In this document: positions 1 to 11,021 of the stretch, piece by piece | How positions within the stretch are numbered: the first letter of the stretch is position 1 | Layout of the letters: each line of letters opens with the position of its first letter | IMG/VR virus record: IMGVR_UViG_3300037067_004728 | Span: 32,001 to 96,000 of that record | Reading direction: 5' to 3' (one strand) | From: a virus | Taxonomy: Duplodnaviria > Caudoviricetes | Length of the DNA: 64,000 nucleotides | Notes under the pieces: generated by a model | Databases searched by the model: none | Told to the model about the DNA's origin: nothing | The model's input: only the letters and a program-made list of their open reading frames with translations | Position numbers and translations under genes: made by a program

Positions 1-115
1 TAGATCAAGCTGCCCTCCGTGAAGATTACCCAGAAGCCGTTTTAATGGCGATCAATTATACATTGATGGAATTGGAATTAGATTTGGCCGAGAAAACCGG
101 AGAGATTGAACCACG

Positions 116-556
116 ATGATTAAGGTTTCTATTGATCCACGAGTCTACAAAGATTATCACGGGTTGCTGCGAGCGGCTTGTGATTGGCTAAGAGAAACGC
201 AGCGTATTCCGCATAGATTAAATGTTACATTGTTTACCGACAAAAATATGCGAGAATTTGTGAGATTAGTTGATTATCCTGAAAAGAATGCATTGGGTAT
301 TTTCTTTTTAAATTCACGCGATATAATCATTAGACAGCGACGGTATGAAAATGTAAAAGTTGTCAAAGATGGTCGTAAATTTAAACATAGACTTGACCGA
401 TTCCTTTATGTAATAATGCACGAGTTTGCTCACTATGAACAATTCCGCGATGGAAAAGAATTAAGCCATCGTAACATTGAATCAAGAGGAATGCATTTGG
501 TTAGACAATTTAAGGATTATTGGCATGAACAATGCTCTCTATTACACAGTGCTTAA
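116..556 (+). CDS. HExxH zinc metallopeptidase-like protein
   Basis: MHEFAH motif followed by a downstream Glu (NIESRG). Confidence 0.5.
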   Translation: MIKVSIDPRVYKDYHGLLRAACDWLRETQRIPHRLNVTLFTDKNMREFVRLVDYPEKNALGIFFLNSRDIIIRQRRYENVKVVKDGRKFKHRLDRFLYVIMHEFAHYEQFRDGKELSHRNIESRGMHLVRQFKDYWHEQCSLLHSA

Positions 557-1385
557 TCATTTAGCGGAGAATACTAAACTCTCGCAGTTGATTTCTCTGC
601 TTGTCTATACTTATAAATTAGATGATATACCATTTCCAGAGGATAAATTAGTTGGGGACTGGGAAGTAGCGCGTCCTGGCCGAAGAGTAAAAATTACTTG
701 GACTGATCCATATCGTGTTGAGTATGGTTTTCTTTTTACATTACCAGGATTGTGCGAGGATTTATTTAAGGGCGGGTTGGTACAAATTCCTGAAAGTGAA
801 GATGATCCAACAACACAACGCTGGTATACTCTAAAGCATTTAGCAATTTTTGCAGACACATTAGAATTGGAGCCAGAATTATGAGCGAGAATCGTGATGT
901 TGAATTAGAAGTAGATAGCCTTGCGACCCGTGAGGTAAGGGCCTTGGCAAGTCAATGCAAGTTTGATGACTGGAAAACTGGACCAATTGCTAAGCTACGA
1001 CGAAAGATTGTAGACTTAGCAAAGACTAACCCCGAAATTCTTGATGGAGAAAAGGCATGAATTGGGAATCTGCTGTAAATACAATTCGTGGCAAGAATCT
1101 GGTTGGTTTAACAACCAAAGAAGATGTTGATTTACTTTTTCAATATATGGATAAAATTGAATTCGGTCTGGAACGTCTTGCAGGAGAGGGCGATGAAAAA
1201 GCCCTATGTGTTATTAAAGGCGACTGGCGAGAATACTGTGGGGTGGCTTAATGAGATATGCTTACATTTTATGGTGTTTACTTTGGCTTCCAGTTTTGTA
1301 TATTAGTCGTTATGTATTTTGTTTTAGTGTTTTAATGATTCACGGGGTCGAAAGATTTAACGACGCTCTTGATTGGACGCGATAG

Positions 1386-1829
1386 ATGGATAAGCCACGA
1401 ATTCGTAAACAGCATGGCCCTGAGTATGGCATACAACGTGCCATAGTCAAGTTTCTACGGCTACGTGGATGGCATGTGGAGCGTGTGGTTGGCATTGGTT
1501 GGCAGTATGGTTTGCCAGACCTTTATATTACACACCCTAAGTTTGGTCAGCGTTGGTTAGAAGTTAAGAATCCCGATGAATATACATTTACTAAACATCA
1601 AAGACAAAAGTTTCCAATCCTTGATGCATTTGGCACGGGCATCTGGATTATGGTAGGTGCAACTGAGGAAGAGTATGAGAAACTTTTTAAGTCACCTAAT
1701 TGGAAAGAATACTGGAAGGATTCTTGGGGAGAAATTGATATAGACGCCTTATTACTTGAAATAGAGGAAGAAGAAAATGCCAGTTCATACAACGACGAAG
1801 AACGGGAAACCGGCTTATCAATGGGGTAA
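1386..1829 (+). CDS. VRR-NUC domain nuclease
   Basis: E..IQ..IV..L, GLPDL, WLEVK and Q motifs typical of VRR-NUC (PD-(D/E)xK). Confidence 0.8.
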   Translation: MDKPRIRKQHGPEYGIQRAIVKFLRLRGWHVERVVGIGWQYGLPDLYITHPKFGQRWLEVKNPDEYTFTKHQRQKFPILDAFGTGIWIMVGATEEEYEKLFKSPNWKEYWKDSWGEIDIDALLLEIEEEENASSYNDEERETGLSMG

Positions 1830-1950
1830 TACCGGCAAAAAGTATACTTACACAGCCGGTAATGCTGCGAGCCGCGAGCGAGCTAAGAAGAAAGCAATCC
1901 AACAGGGGTTAGCGGTTGCTAACAGGACTGGAACGAAACCAGAATTATAA
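1777..1950 (+). CDS. small basic hypothetical phage protein (57 aa), not in ORF track
   Basis: ATG at 1777 with upstream GAGG; MPVHTTTKNGKPAYQWGNTGKKYTY...; stop overlaps next start (TAATG). Confidence 0.6.
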   Translation: MPVHTTTKNGKPAYQWGNTGKKYTYTAGNAASRERAKKKAIQQGLAVANRTGTKPEL

Positions 1951-2459
1951 TGTTATTACAAGTTAATCCTAATAGTTGGTCGTGTATGGCAGCCGCCTTT
2001 TCGACGGCATTAGGCATACGATTTGCTGATTTTATTAAGTTGATGGGGCATGATGGAAGTGGACAACCTTATGAAGATAAAAGATTTCATCGTGGTTTCC
2101 ATATTCAAGAGTGTATTGATCTATGTTTAATGACAGGATTTGCTTGTACTGAGATTCAATGCTATTATGGTTCAAAACCTTTTGTCGAGTCTATTGAGTC
2201 AGTTCCAGTTTATCCACTTAAAGACTGTGAATTTCGTTTTCAGCATTATCTACGAAAAACTAAACGTGGTGTTATTACTGGATTGGGACAATGTTTCGGT
2301 CATGCTGTAGCTTGGGACGGAAAATTTATTTATGATCCTCGCTCACCTGGATATATGTATCGGTTTGAGGACGCTGTAAAATATAATTTTCGGCCACAAA
2401 CATTATGGATATTGACAAAAATGGAGCCGGATGATGTCAAAAAGATTCTGGAAGGTTGA
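1950..2459 (+). CDS. papain/C39-like cysteine peptidase-fold protein
   Basis: Q...SC near N-terminus; HAVAWDG..IYDP. Confidence 0.5.
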   Translation: MLLQVNPNSWSCMAAAFSTALGIRFADFIKLMGHDGSGQPYEDKRFHRGFHIQECIDLCLMTGFACTEIQCYYGSKPFVESIESVPVYPLKDCEFRFQHYLRKTKRGVITGLGQCFGHAVAWDGKFIYDPRSPGYMYRFEDAVKYNFRPQTLWILTKMEPDDVKKILEG

Positions 2460-3096
2460 CGATCCATTGTTTGAATCGTTGCCTAACTATGATAAAACAA
2501 AAATTCAAGAATTACTAAAGTCTGTTCAGCTTGGTCGAACAGATATTAAAGATGAATTAACACTACAGTTATTATCACTTTGTAAAGTTATTCTTCAAAA
2601 ACGATTATATAAAAATCCTGCTTTGCAACGCTGCGCAGCGGATTTAGTCGGAAATTTGATGTTGCGAACTTGCACCTTTGTTGATGAAGTTTTGAATCAA
2701 AATTATTGCTGCGATGACTTATTTCGATATTATTGTCAAATCATAAAGAATGCTATTTATGATTTCAATATGGAGGATAACCCTGGTGTGACAGGTAGCG
2801 GTCCTAATAAGCAATATTGTCAACGGTATAGAAAAGGTCGAACAATGCCAGTGAGGGTTAAATTAAAGGATGAATTGCTACAAGTAAACCCGACATTGGT
2901 GGTAGAACTTGAAGATATACTCTTGACATTGGCTGAGACAGACCACGAGCGTGAGGTTATCGTCTTACGATTTCAAAATTATACTGAGTCTGAAATTGCT
3001 GATAAATTAGGTGTCACACAACAATGGATCAATCAAATACGTGTTGCATTAGAAAAGCGGTATGATGAATATTTACAACGTGAGCGCCTTACATAG
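2431..3096 (+). CDS. sigma-70 region 4-like HTH protein (possible phage sigma factor)
   Basis: C-terminal EREVIVLRFQNYTESEIADKLGVTQQWINQ. Confidence 0.6.
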   Translation: MMSKRFWKVDDPLFESLPNYDKTKIQELLKSVQLGRTDIKDELTLQLLSLCKVILQKRLYKNPALQRCAADLVGNLMLRTCTFVDEVLNQNYCCDDLFRYYCQIIKNAIYDFNMEDNPGVTGSGPNKQYCQRYRKGRTMPVRVKLKDELLQVNPTLVVELEDILLTLAETDHEREVIVLRFQNYTESEIADKLGVTQQWINQIRVALEKRYDEYLQRERLT

Positions 3097-3109
3097 AAAG
3101 GGACGTAGC

Positions 3110-3682
3110 ATGAGAAAGATTTTGTATCCTGTGTTGGCTGTGTTGGCATTGGCTGTGATCGTTGTCGATCATTATACAGTGAATACTTATCTTAGCGAAT
3201 TTGAGGAGGCCCGCAATTATAATACTGCGGAAATGGTGCAAGCCTTCCAGATGCAAGACACTGTATTGTTTGCACAAGGCTTACAAGAGACGTTGATGAT
3301 AACCAGTCGAAGACTTGAAAAGACAGAAAATCAAGTAATCGAGTGTGTTAAATACATCCAACAATTACGTGAAACAATTATGCAACAAGAGACGGCAGTA
3401 TTAAGTGCGTCTGCAACTATTAAGGAATTGACAGATGATAATGCTAAGTTGCAAAAGAGTCTTGATGAATGTTCTTCACAATTGGAACTAAAACGACGTG
3501 AATTGGAGCGTGTTAAAAAGGAATTGGAAGATTTAAAAGACACCACTAAAGATTTAAAGAAAGCTAAAAAGGATTTGGAAGCAACTAATAAGACGCTTGT
3601 AGATGGTATTAACTGGATTCGGGCCGAATATGAGCGTATTACTGGTACGCCTGCCCCACTTCCTCCTGACACGTTGAGGTAA
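3110..3682 (+). CDS. membrane-anchored coiled-coil protein
   Basis: N-terminal hydrophobic segment, long heptad-rich C-terminal half; ATG 3110 preferred over upstream start. Confidence 0.5.
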   Translation: MRKILYPVLAVLALAVIVVDHYTVNTYLSEFEEARNYNTAEMVQAFQMQDTVLFAQGLQETLMITSRRLEKTENQVIECVKYIQQLRETIMQQETAVLSASATIKELTDDNAKLQKSLDECSSQLELKRRELERVKKELEDLKDTTKDLKKAKKDLEATNKTLVDGINWIRAEYERITGTPAPLPPDTLR

Positions 3683-3875
3683 ATTATGCGGCTATTTTTA
3701 TTTGCATTATTGGTGTTTAGTGGCATAGGATTTGCTCAATATCATAGATGTGTTCAGGTGCAACGATGGCATTTAACACAACGAAATCTTGAGATTCAAC
3801 ACCAACTAAATCGCCTTCGTTATAAATTTGACTTACTGAGACAGCATACCGACGATTTACAATTGGAATTGTATA

Positions 3876-4967
3876 ATGTTAAAACGCCGTGAATTCTTAA
3901 TGCAGGCCCACAAATATAATGCTAAAAAGCATAATGTTAGTGGTCACTATATTTCAGAAAAATTAGACGGCACGCGCTGTTTCTGGGATGGCGGCATTAG
4001 TCGTGGTCTACCAACTGACCAGATACCGTGGGCGAATCTCTTTCACCCTAAGACTGGCGAAAGAAAATCAAAGATCAAGCCAGTGGCTTCTGGTTTGTGG
4101 AGTCGTTATGGTAATCCTATCATGGCTCCTGATTGGTGGCTTAATTTACTACCATGTATCCCATTAGACGGAGAACTATGGGCTGGTCGTGGTAATTTCC
4201 AACTATGCCGATCAATCTGTTCAAAGGATGAACCTATATCAGAAGAGTGGCAGAAAATTGATTATGCTGTTTGGGGCAGTCCGCCTTTTGAAGCTGTGTT
4301 TATGGACGGTCGCATTAACTGCCCACAATTCAGGCGGGAGGTTTATTTCGATGAAGTTACTAAATGGTTAAAAACTCGCCCGGAAGGATTTTTGCGCGAC
4401 TATCGTTTCTTGTCAATCGGCACAACCTTTGAGGCTGAGTTAAGTATTCTACGGAATGCAATACAGTCTGAGGGACAGATTTACCTGTGGCAACAAAAAC
4501 GACTTCCACTGGACGGAGCCGATGAGATTGTCGAACAGGAACTTAATCGAGTTTTAGATTGTGGCGGCGAGGGAGTTGTTATACGCGATCCTGATGGAAC
4601 ATGGATGCCTCAGCGCTTATATACGGTGTTAAAATACAAACCATTTGAAGATGCCGAAGGTACGATTGTTGGTTTTACAAGCGGTCGTGAAACGGAACGT
4701 GGGTCAAAACATCTTGGAAAGATTGGAGCATTGATTCTTGACTATGAGGGCCAACGACTTGAGTTATCCGGCTTAACGGATGAAGAACGCGAGTTTGCAG
4801 ATAAGGATGAATTTTTTGCCCGGACAAATCCTGGGGTTGATATGCCAAAGGGAGTTCAGGCAAAACATTTTAAATATGGACAAATAGTTACTTTTAAATA
4901 CCGTGAGCTATCGGACGATGGCATTCCTAAAGAAGCCCGGTACATGCGACAAAGGGGTGAAGAATGA
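3876..4967 (+). CDS. lig: ATP-dependent DNA ligase
   Basis: SEKLDGxR (motif I), LDGELW, GEGVVIR, LKYKP, C-terminal OB domain (GQIVTFKY..LS..GIP). Confidence 0.9.
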   Translation: MLKRREFLMQAHKYNAKKHNVSGHYISEKLDGTRCFWDGGISRGLPTDQIPWANLFHPKTGERKSKIKPVASGLWSRYGNPIMAPDWWLNLLPCIPLDGELWAGRGNFQLCRSICSKDEPISEEWQKIDYAVWGSPPFEAVFMDGRINCPQFRREVYFDEVTKWLKTRPEGFLRDYRFLSIGTTFEAELSILRNAIQSEGQIYLWQQKRLPLDGADEIVEQELNRVLDCGGEGVVIRDPDGTWMPQRLYTVLKYKPFEDAEGTIVGFTSGRETERGSKHLGKIGALILDYEGQRLELSGLTDEEREFADKDEFFARTNPGVDMPKGVQAKHFKYGQIVTFKYRELSDDGIPKEARYMRQRGEE

Positions 4968-5956
4968 GATTACCACATTATTTAAGTCCGTCACAGATTG
5001 CTCTTTGGTATTCAGATCGTGATGAATATTATTTGCGACATTTAGCTGAAATGCGTGTGCAAGCAATGCCGCAGGCGACTTATATGTCAATCGGTGCATC
5101 ATTTGATGCTTATGTTAAATCAGCAATGTTTGAAACAATTTTTGGTAAAGGGGCGGACCCTCGATTTGAATTTGATGCTATTTTTACCGATCAGGTAGAT
5201 GAAGTCAATCGTGACTGGGCGAAGGAACACGGCAAGTATGTTTTTGAATCATACAAATTATCGGGAGCGTATGATGAATTATTGTCGTTATTACAACAAA
5301 GCAAATACGCCCCTCAATTTGAGTTTAAGATTGAAGGCACAGTTGAAAATGTACCACTTTTAGGTAAGCCAGACTTGCGTTTTGTGCATCCTTTAGGTGC
5401 CCATGTTATTTTAGACTGGAAGGTAAACGGTTATTGTTCTAGGTCAGCTACAAGTCCTTGTAAGAATTATCGGCTAGTTAGGGATGGTTGGACTGCCGAA
5501 GTAGCAAAAGCGTCTCGTGGCGCTAATTCGCCACATAAGGATTATAAACCAATGGATTGGAAGGGCGTCGAGATTCATAATGGATGGCTGGAAGAAGCTA
5601 ATTCAGATTGGGCGGACCAATTAGCTATTTATTCATGGATGTTAGGAGAGGCTGTAGGGGATGAAAATGTAATCGTATGTATAGACCAAGTGGTAGCCAA
5701 ACCAAATGAACCACGGCCACTACTTAGAATTGCTAATCATAGGGCACGAATTTCATCCGTACATCAACAAAATTTAATGCGGAATATTCAAGCCTGCTGG
5801 ACGGCAATTACTACAGGTTATATTTTTGATGACTTGACTAGAGAAGAAAATGATGAGAAATGTGCGTTACTTGAACAGCAAGCAATCCGCACGAATATTG
5901 ATACACCAGAACAGCAATGTATTAACGATCTGACACGCCAACATAGGTTTAAGTAA
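4964..5956 (+). CDS. PD-(D/E)xK exonuclease (RecB/Cas4-like family)
   Basis: LSPSQ N-terminus, GKPDL, ILDWK, QLAIY. Confidence 0.75.
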   Translation: MRLPHYLSPSQIALWYSDRDEYYLRHLAEMRVQAMPQATYMSIGASFDAYVKSAMFETIFGKGADPRFEFDAIFTDQVDEVNRDWAKEHGKYVFESYKLSGAYDELLSLLQQSKYAPQFEFKIEGTVENVPLLGKPDLRFVHPLGAHVILDWKVNGYCSRSATSPCKNYRLVRDGWTAEVAKASRGANSPHKDYKPMDWKGVEIHNGWLEEANSDWADQLAIYSWMLGEAVGDENVIVCIDQVVAKPNEPRPLLRIANHRARISSVHQQNLMRNIQACWTAITTGYIFDDLTREENDEKCALLEQQAIRTNIDTPEQQCINDLTRQHRFK

Positions 5957-6459
5957 TGCTTACCAACATACGGAAGCCTGAACCGCAAGACTTAAATTAT
6001 ATCCTTGACATTGATTTAAAATGTTTTGAGGATAACTGGTCTTATAATGAGTGGAGAGAAACATTATATGACCCGCGTTATGGGGTTCTAGTTGGTACGT
6101 ACAGAAGTTTACCTGTTGGATTTATAGTGTGGTTTAGTGGAACAAAAGAAGGTTTAATTACACGCTTAGGAGTTAAACCAGCTTATCAACGAAAAGGTGT
6201 TGGCTCTCAACTTTTATCCGCTGTTGAAGTTATTTTAGTACAGCAAGCTATAAAGGAAGTTCATTTTCCTATTACAGAAAGTCTTTGCCAACCTGGACAA
6301 TCAAATGATGTAAGTCGTTGGTTGACAAAACGTGGTTATCGTGCTACTTGTTTGATACGCGGGAAGGGAATTTATTGCGGGGTGAAGGAAGATGAAATTG
6401 TCTTTCAAAAACTTTTAGAGGAGACAAGTAAACATGCGACAGAGAATCGCAAATCATAG
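5956..6459 (+). CDS. GNAT (RimI-like) acetyltransferase
   Basis: LGVKPAYQRKGVGSQLL acetyl-CoA binding motif A. Confidence 0.85.
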   Translation: MLTNIRKPEPQDLNYILDIDLKCFEDNWSYNEWRETLYDPRYGVLVGTYRSLPVGFIVWFSGTKEGLITRLGVKPAYQRKGVGSQLLSAVEVILVQQAIKEVHFPITESLCQPGQSNDVSRWLTKRGYRATCLIRGKGIYCGVKEDEIVFQKLLEETSKHATENRKS

Positions 6460-7211
6460 AATGAATCGAAGAGATTTCTTTGAATCCAGAGTACGTCCTG
6501 TACGCCCATTGACAAAATTAGAGGTACAAAAAAAAGCTGAACGGTTTGCAAAGAAATATTTAAAGGAACAGGGCTTAATTGGTCCTAAACTCCCTACTAT
6601 GTGGAAAGTAGATATTGGTGAAAAAGAGCCACTTATTGTTACGGCCTTAACTCGTTCAGATGCGAGGTCAGAAATTAAGAAAGAACTAGGCGTTAAGAAA
6701 CTTCCAGTTGGACTTAAAATTGAAAAGGTAGTTTATGAACCCCCTATTTACAGACAGATTAAAGGCAGCTAATCTCACTGGTGAAGTTATATTTAATATC
6801 TTCACACATTTAGAGACTATTTTGCGCGAGTCAAATTCAGGTCAAGCTGCATTGACTTTGGGCTACATTGCACCGACTGATGATATACAAGAAGGTGACT
6901 TAGTACCAACAATCAATGTTGTTTTGACACAATATCAAAAGCCGGACTACGATCATGCTAATAAATCCTGATGTGACACTATTGCCACGATTGCCAGAAG
7001 GGGCGGTGCCATTATCAGGAGTTGGGCACGTACAGTTAGCTATTTATAAGCAAACAAGGTATCATTGGTGCCCGGCATGTGATGGTTGGGTCGCAGGCGA
7101 CCCAATTACAACATTTGAACATGAACGTGGTATTTTATGTGGTAGGCACGGCACGTCATATCATTGCCGCCGCTGTAGAACAGAACTCAGTTTTGTAGGG
7201 TGCTATTTTTG

Positions 7212-8009
7212 ATGGATTATCCTCGCGTGATTCATATTGAAACAACCGGACGATGCAATTCACATTGCGTATTTTGTCCACACAGTCGGTCATACCGACG
7301 ACTGATGGATATGCCACAAATATTGTTTGAGAAAATTTTAAAGGATGTAAAAGATATACCACAACGAGTTATTATTGTACCTTTAAAACTTGGCGAACCA
7401 CTTGTGGACCCATTATTTTCAAAACGCTTGCTACAAATTGATGAACAGCTACCAGAGGCTTATTTAGAATTGCATACAAACCTTAATATATTACCACGCG
7501 AGTTTATTCCAACACTTAGAAAGTTACGGCGTGTTAATCACATCTGGGTGTCATTGAATTATTATACGGCAGCGAGTTACCAAGCGGCTACCGGAATGAA
7601 ATTTGACCAAACCCTGTACAACATTAAAAAGTTATTGGAAGCCCGACTACCACATACGATTGCCATTGGACGGGTTTTAGATTACACCATCGAGGACCAA
7701 AAATGGTTAGATTGGGTTAGACGCACTTTTCCACAAGCTAAACCGGCATTTTTACATCGTGGAGATTGGTGCAATAATATTGAAACACCAAATACTATCA
7801 ATGATGGATTTTGTAAGCGTACACTTGAAGTGTCTATTTGCTGTGATGGTAAGGTCGCACTTTGTTGTATGGATGGGTTGTGTGAATACCCATTAGGAGA
7901 TATAACTAAAGAGCATATTTTAGAGGTTTATAATGGGTCAAAAGCGAGCGCCCTGCGTCGTATGACACAGAGGTTACAAGAACCCTGTGCCTCTTGTACT
8001 TTTGTCTAA
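7212..8009 (+). CDS. radical SAM protein with SPASM/twitch domain
   Basis: CNSHCVFC, GEP, HTN; C-terminal C...DGKVALCC.D...C..C. Confidence 0.9.
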   Translation: MDYPRVIHIETTGRCNSHCVFCPHSRSYRRLMDMPQILFEKILKDVKDIPQRVIIVPLKLGEPLVDPLFSKRLLQIDEQLPEAYLELHTNLNILPREFIPTLRKLRRVNHIWVSLNYYTAASYQAATGMKFDQTLYNIKKLLEARLPHTIAIGRVLDYTIEDQKWLDWVRRTFPQAKPAFLHRGDWCNNIETPNTINDGFCKRTLEVSICCDGKVALCCMDGLCEYPLGDITKEHILEVYNGSKASALRRMTQRLQEPCASCTFV

Positions 8010-8022
8010 GGAGGCGACAAAT

Positions 8023-9276
8023 ATGTGGGAATTTTTAACGACTCAACTTGCTAATAATCAATTCTTATCCGGCGGTGCGGTACTAGCCATTTTTGGTGGA
8101 TTAGCATTATATCTACGAAGTATCCCTTCATATATTTTTACGTGGACAAAACATCGTTTAATTACAGAAATTGATATTCCAGATCGTGACGAAGCCTTCA
8201 AGTGGATGAATGTTTGGTTGTCTCAACATCCTTATAAAAAGCGTTGCCGTTGGTGGACGGTTCAAACACGTCGTCAAAGAGATTATGACGAAGGGCCAGG
8301 AGATTCACGGGAACGAAAGAAACCGAAGATTATTTTATCACCTGCCCCCGGCTTGCATTTTTTGTTTTATAAACAGAAGTTAATGATTTTGTATCGTGAA
8401 CGAAAAGATACTCAAGGTAAGGGTGACACGGCGGCATTAGGTTTTCGTGAAACTTTTACCATCAAGTTATTTAGCCGTAACAAACAAGTTGTTTATGATT
8501 TGATTGAAGAAGCAAGACTTGCTGCGCATCCAGTCGATTCAGAACGACTAAGGATTTTACGTCCTGACTATAATGAGTGGTGTGAAATTACAAAAAGATT
8601 ACTACGCCCATTCAAATCTGTCATTCTGGATAATGACCTCAGTGGTAGAATCCTACAAGATGTTAAACAGTTTATTGAGTCAGAAAAATGGTATAATGAA
8701 ATAGGTATACCATATCGTCGTGGGTATTTACTTTCTGGCCCTCCTGGTAACGGTAAAAGTTCATTAGTTACTGCAATTGCATCAGAGTTACGTCTTGATA
8801 TTTGTACCTTAAATTTAAGTAACCATAGTCTAAATGACGAAAAACTTGTGGAACTTATGGCGAATGTTCCAATGAATAGTTTAGTTTTAATCGAGGATGT
8901 TGACTGTGTATTCCATGAGCGCAAAAAGGTGGATGATAGTGAAAGTGTTACCTTTTCTGGTTTACTGAATGCAATTGATGGTGTAATGTCTAGTGAGGGC
9001 CGGATTTTATTTATGACAACCAATCATAAAGAAGTGCTGGACCCCGCTCTGATCCGCCCAGGTCGAGTTGATGTAGACATAACAATCGACAATGCATCAA
9101 GGGCACAGGCCAGTAATTTATTCCTTAGATTCTTTCCTGATATGCCTGATCTGGCTGAGGGCTTTGGTGATAAAATGACAAAAACGTCAGTAAGCATGGC
9201 ACAATTGCAAGGGCATTTGTTAAAATATCGGCACGATGCAATCTCGGCCTTGACTTACCCCGTAAATGAGGTATAA
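8023..9276 (+). CDS. Bcs1-like AAA ATPase with N-terminal TM and BCS1_N-like domain
   Basis: GIPYRRGYLLSGPPGNGKSS, IEDVD, TFSGLLNAIDG, MTTNH, LDPALIRPGRVD; AAGGAGG RBS before ATG 8023. Confidence 0.85.
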   Translation: MWEFLTTQLANNQFLSGGAVLAIFGGLALYLRSIPSYIFTWTKHRLITEIDIPDRDEAFKWMNVWLSQHPYKKRCRWWTVQTRRQRDYDEGPGDSRERKKPKIILSPAPGLHFLFYKQKLMILYRERKDTQGKGDTAALGFRETFTIKLFSRNKQVVYDLIEEARLAAHPVDSERLRILRPDYNEWCEITKRLLRPFKSVILDNDLSGRILQDVKQFIESEKWYNEIGIPYRRGYLLSGPPGNGKSSLVTAIASELRLDICTLNLSNHSLNDEKLVELMANVPMNSLVLIEDVDCVFHERKKVDDSESVTFSGLLNAIDGVMSSEGRILFMTTNHKEVLDPALIRPGRVDVDITIDNASRAQASNLFLRFFPDMPDLAEGFGDKMTKTSVSMAQLQGHLLKYRHDAISALTYPVNEV

Positions 9277-9281
9277 TTGTA

Positions 9282-10136
9282 ATGATGAAGCGTCTTTTAA
9301 TAGCCTTGATTATTTTTCTGCCAAATGTTGTATTTGCACAACAGGCTGATGAATTAAAGAAACACGTTGAGTACCTAGCGTCCCCTGAATTGGATGGACG
9401 ACAAGTTGGTACAGCCGGATGTGATAAAGCAGCGGAGTATATTATACAGCAATTAAAGGTATTTGGTTATACCCCAGAAGAACAACCATTTACCATGCAA
9501 CGAGTAACAGCAAAAAATGTAATTGCGGTGCGTAAAGGCAGCCTTGATACGGTAATTGTTGTAGGTGCCCATTATGACCACCTGGGACGCCGTGGTAATC
9601 GCTATTACCCTGGGGCCGATGATAATGCCTCTGGCACAGCAGCGGTTTTAGAGCTATCTAGGATGCTTAAAACGAGTCGGCGAACCATTGTGTTTATACT
9701 ATTCTCTGGGGAAGAGGATGGTTTATATGGTTCGACCTACTATGTAAAGCATCCTAAATATCCAAATGATAAAACGATATTTATGCTTAATCTTGATATG
9801 ATTGGGTATTTACGGCGCGATACACAAGCCTACGTACCAGATGTTCATAAAATATTGAAAGAGTTGTATATCCAATATCCGTGGGCACCGTCCATAGTTA
9901 TTTTGGGTGGTACGGCCAGCGACCAAGAACCTTTTGCAGATATTGGCATACCAGTTGCTTTCTTACATACTGGTTTGCATGGCAATTACCATAGAACAAC
10001 CGATACACCAGATAAACTTAATTATAAAGGAATGGAGCAGATTGTACGCTTTTCGTATGATTTGATTAAAGCCCTTGACACCCACGATTTACCAGACTAC
10101 AATATTACAGGAGTAAAGTATGAGCCAGTCAAGTGA
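9282..10136 (+). CDS. M28 family aminopeptidase with signal peptide
   Basis: GAHYDH, GADDNASG, GEEDG, NLDMIG, YH..TDT. Confidence 0.9.
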   Translation: MMKRLLIALIIFLPNVVFAQQADELKKHVEYLASPELDGRQVGTAGCDKAAEYIIQQLKVFGYTPEEQPFTMQRVTAKNVIAVRKGSLDTVIVVGAHYDHLGRRGNRYYPGADDNASGTAAVLELSRMLKTSRRTIVFILFSGEEDGLYGSTYYVKHPKYPNDKTIFMLNLDMIGYLRRDTQAYVPDVHKILKELYIQYPWAPSIVILGGTASDQEPFADIGIPVAFLHTGLHGNYHRTTDTPDKLNYKGMEQIVRFSYDLIKALDTHDLPDYNITGVKYEPVK

Positions 10137-10373
10137 AAGTCTAACTTTGAAGTATTATGGTTTAGAACGGGATTATGAAGGTAAGGGGGAGTGGATTGCT
10201 TGCGGTATTGTTGGCGCAACGTCTGATGTAACGTATTCCGAAGTACGAGAAGCACTTTCTATTTTGGAAAATTTTAGAGTGCGCCCGATTGAGGACAAAA
10301 ACGCATGGGCCGATGTATTCAAGGCCGGAAAAATTATTGAATTCAAAACTCTTTGTACGGCAATTTTGATTCT

Positions 10374-11021
10374 ATGTACCAAGTAATTTGTACGGACGCA
10401 TTGACCTTATTAGATTCCATAGATTATGTCCGCATGATTTTTGTGGACCCGCCAGATACTACCAAACGCTCTGGTTATATGCTGTGGTTAGCGGATATTA
10501 TTGAAATGGCCGCAGCAAAATCCGATATATTCTGGTTGTCATACAATTCTAAATGGACTTTTGAAGTCGGGGCAGTTATTGCTAGTTTGTTGCATAGGTA
10601 TGAAGGGCTACAAGCAAAGCCTTGTGTTCAAATCTATGAGGACAAGCATCGGCCACTTATTCGTATAACACAGTCAAATGTGGAATTATACCCCACACCT
10701 GATAATCAAACTTTAAGCGATGTATTTGTATACCCTCGCATTAGTGATACATTGATTGAACGCTGTGTGCGGCTTTGTTGCAAGCCGTATGATACGGTGG
10801 TCGATCCATTTGCAGGCAATGGGACGACTTTACGAGTATGCAAGCGCTTAGGAATATCTTGTACGACTGGTGATATTGATCCAAATTATTGTAAGATGAT
10901 TGCCGAGGAAAATGGATTACAACCTGCGATTACTAAATTTTGGCCAGCAGGTCGTTGGTATGGTGGAAAAGGAATAGGACTTGCCCATGCACCAAAGGAA
11001 CTGACTAATGGACGAGAATAA
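10374..11021 (+). CDS. beta-class N4/N6 DNA methyltransferase-like (DPPD variant)
   Basis: VDPPD in motif IV position; VVDPFAGNGTT motif I near C-terminus. Confidence 0.7.
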   Translation: MYQVICTDALTLLDSIDYVRMIFVDPPDTTKRSGYMLWLADIIEMAAAKSDIFWLSYNSKWTFEVGAVIASLLHRYEGLQAKPCVQIYEDKHRPLIRITQSNVELYPTPDNQTLSDVFVYPRISDTLIERCVRLCCKPYDTVVDPFAGNGTTLRVCKRLGISCTTGDIDPNYCKMIAEENGLQPAITKFWPAGRWYGGKGIGLAHAPKELTNGRE

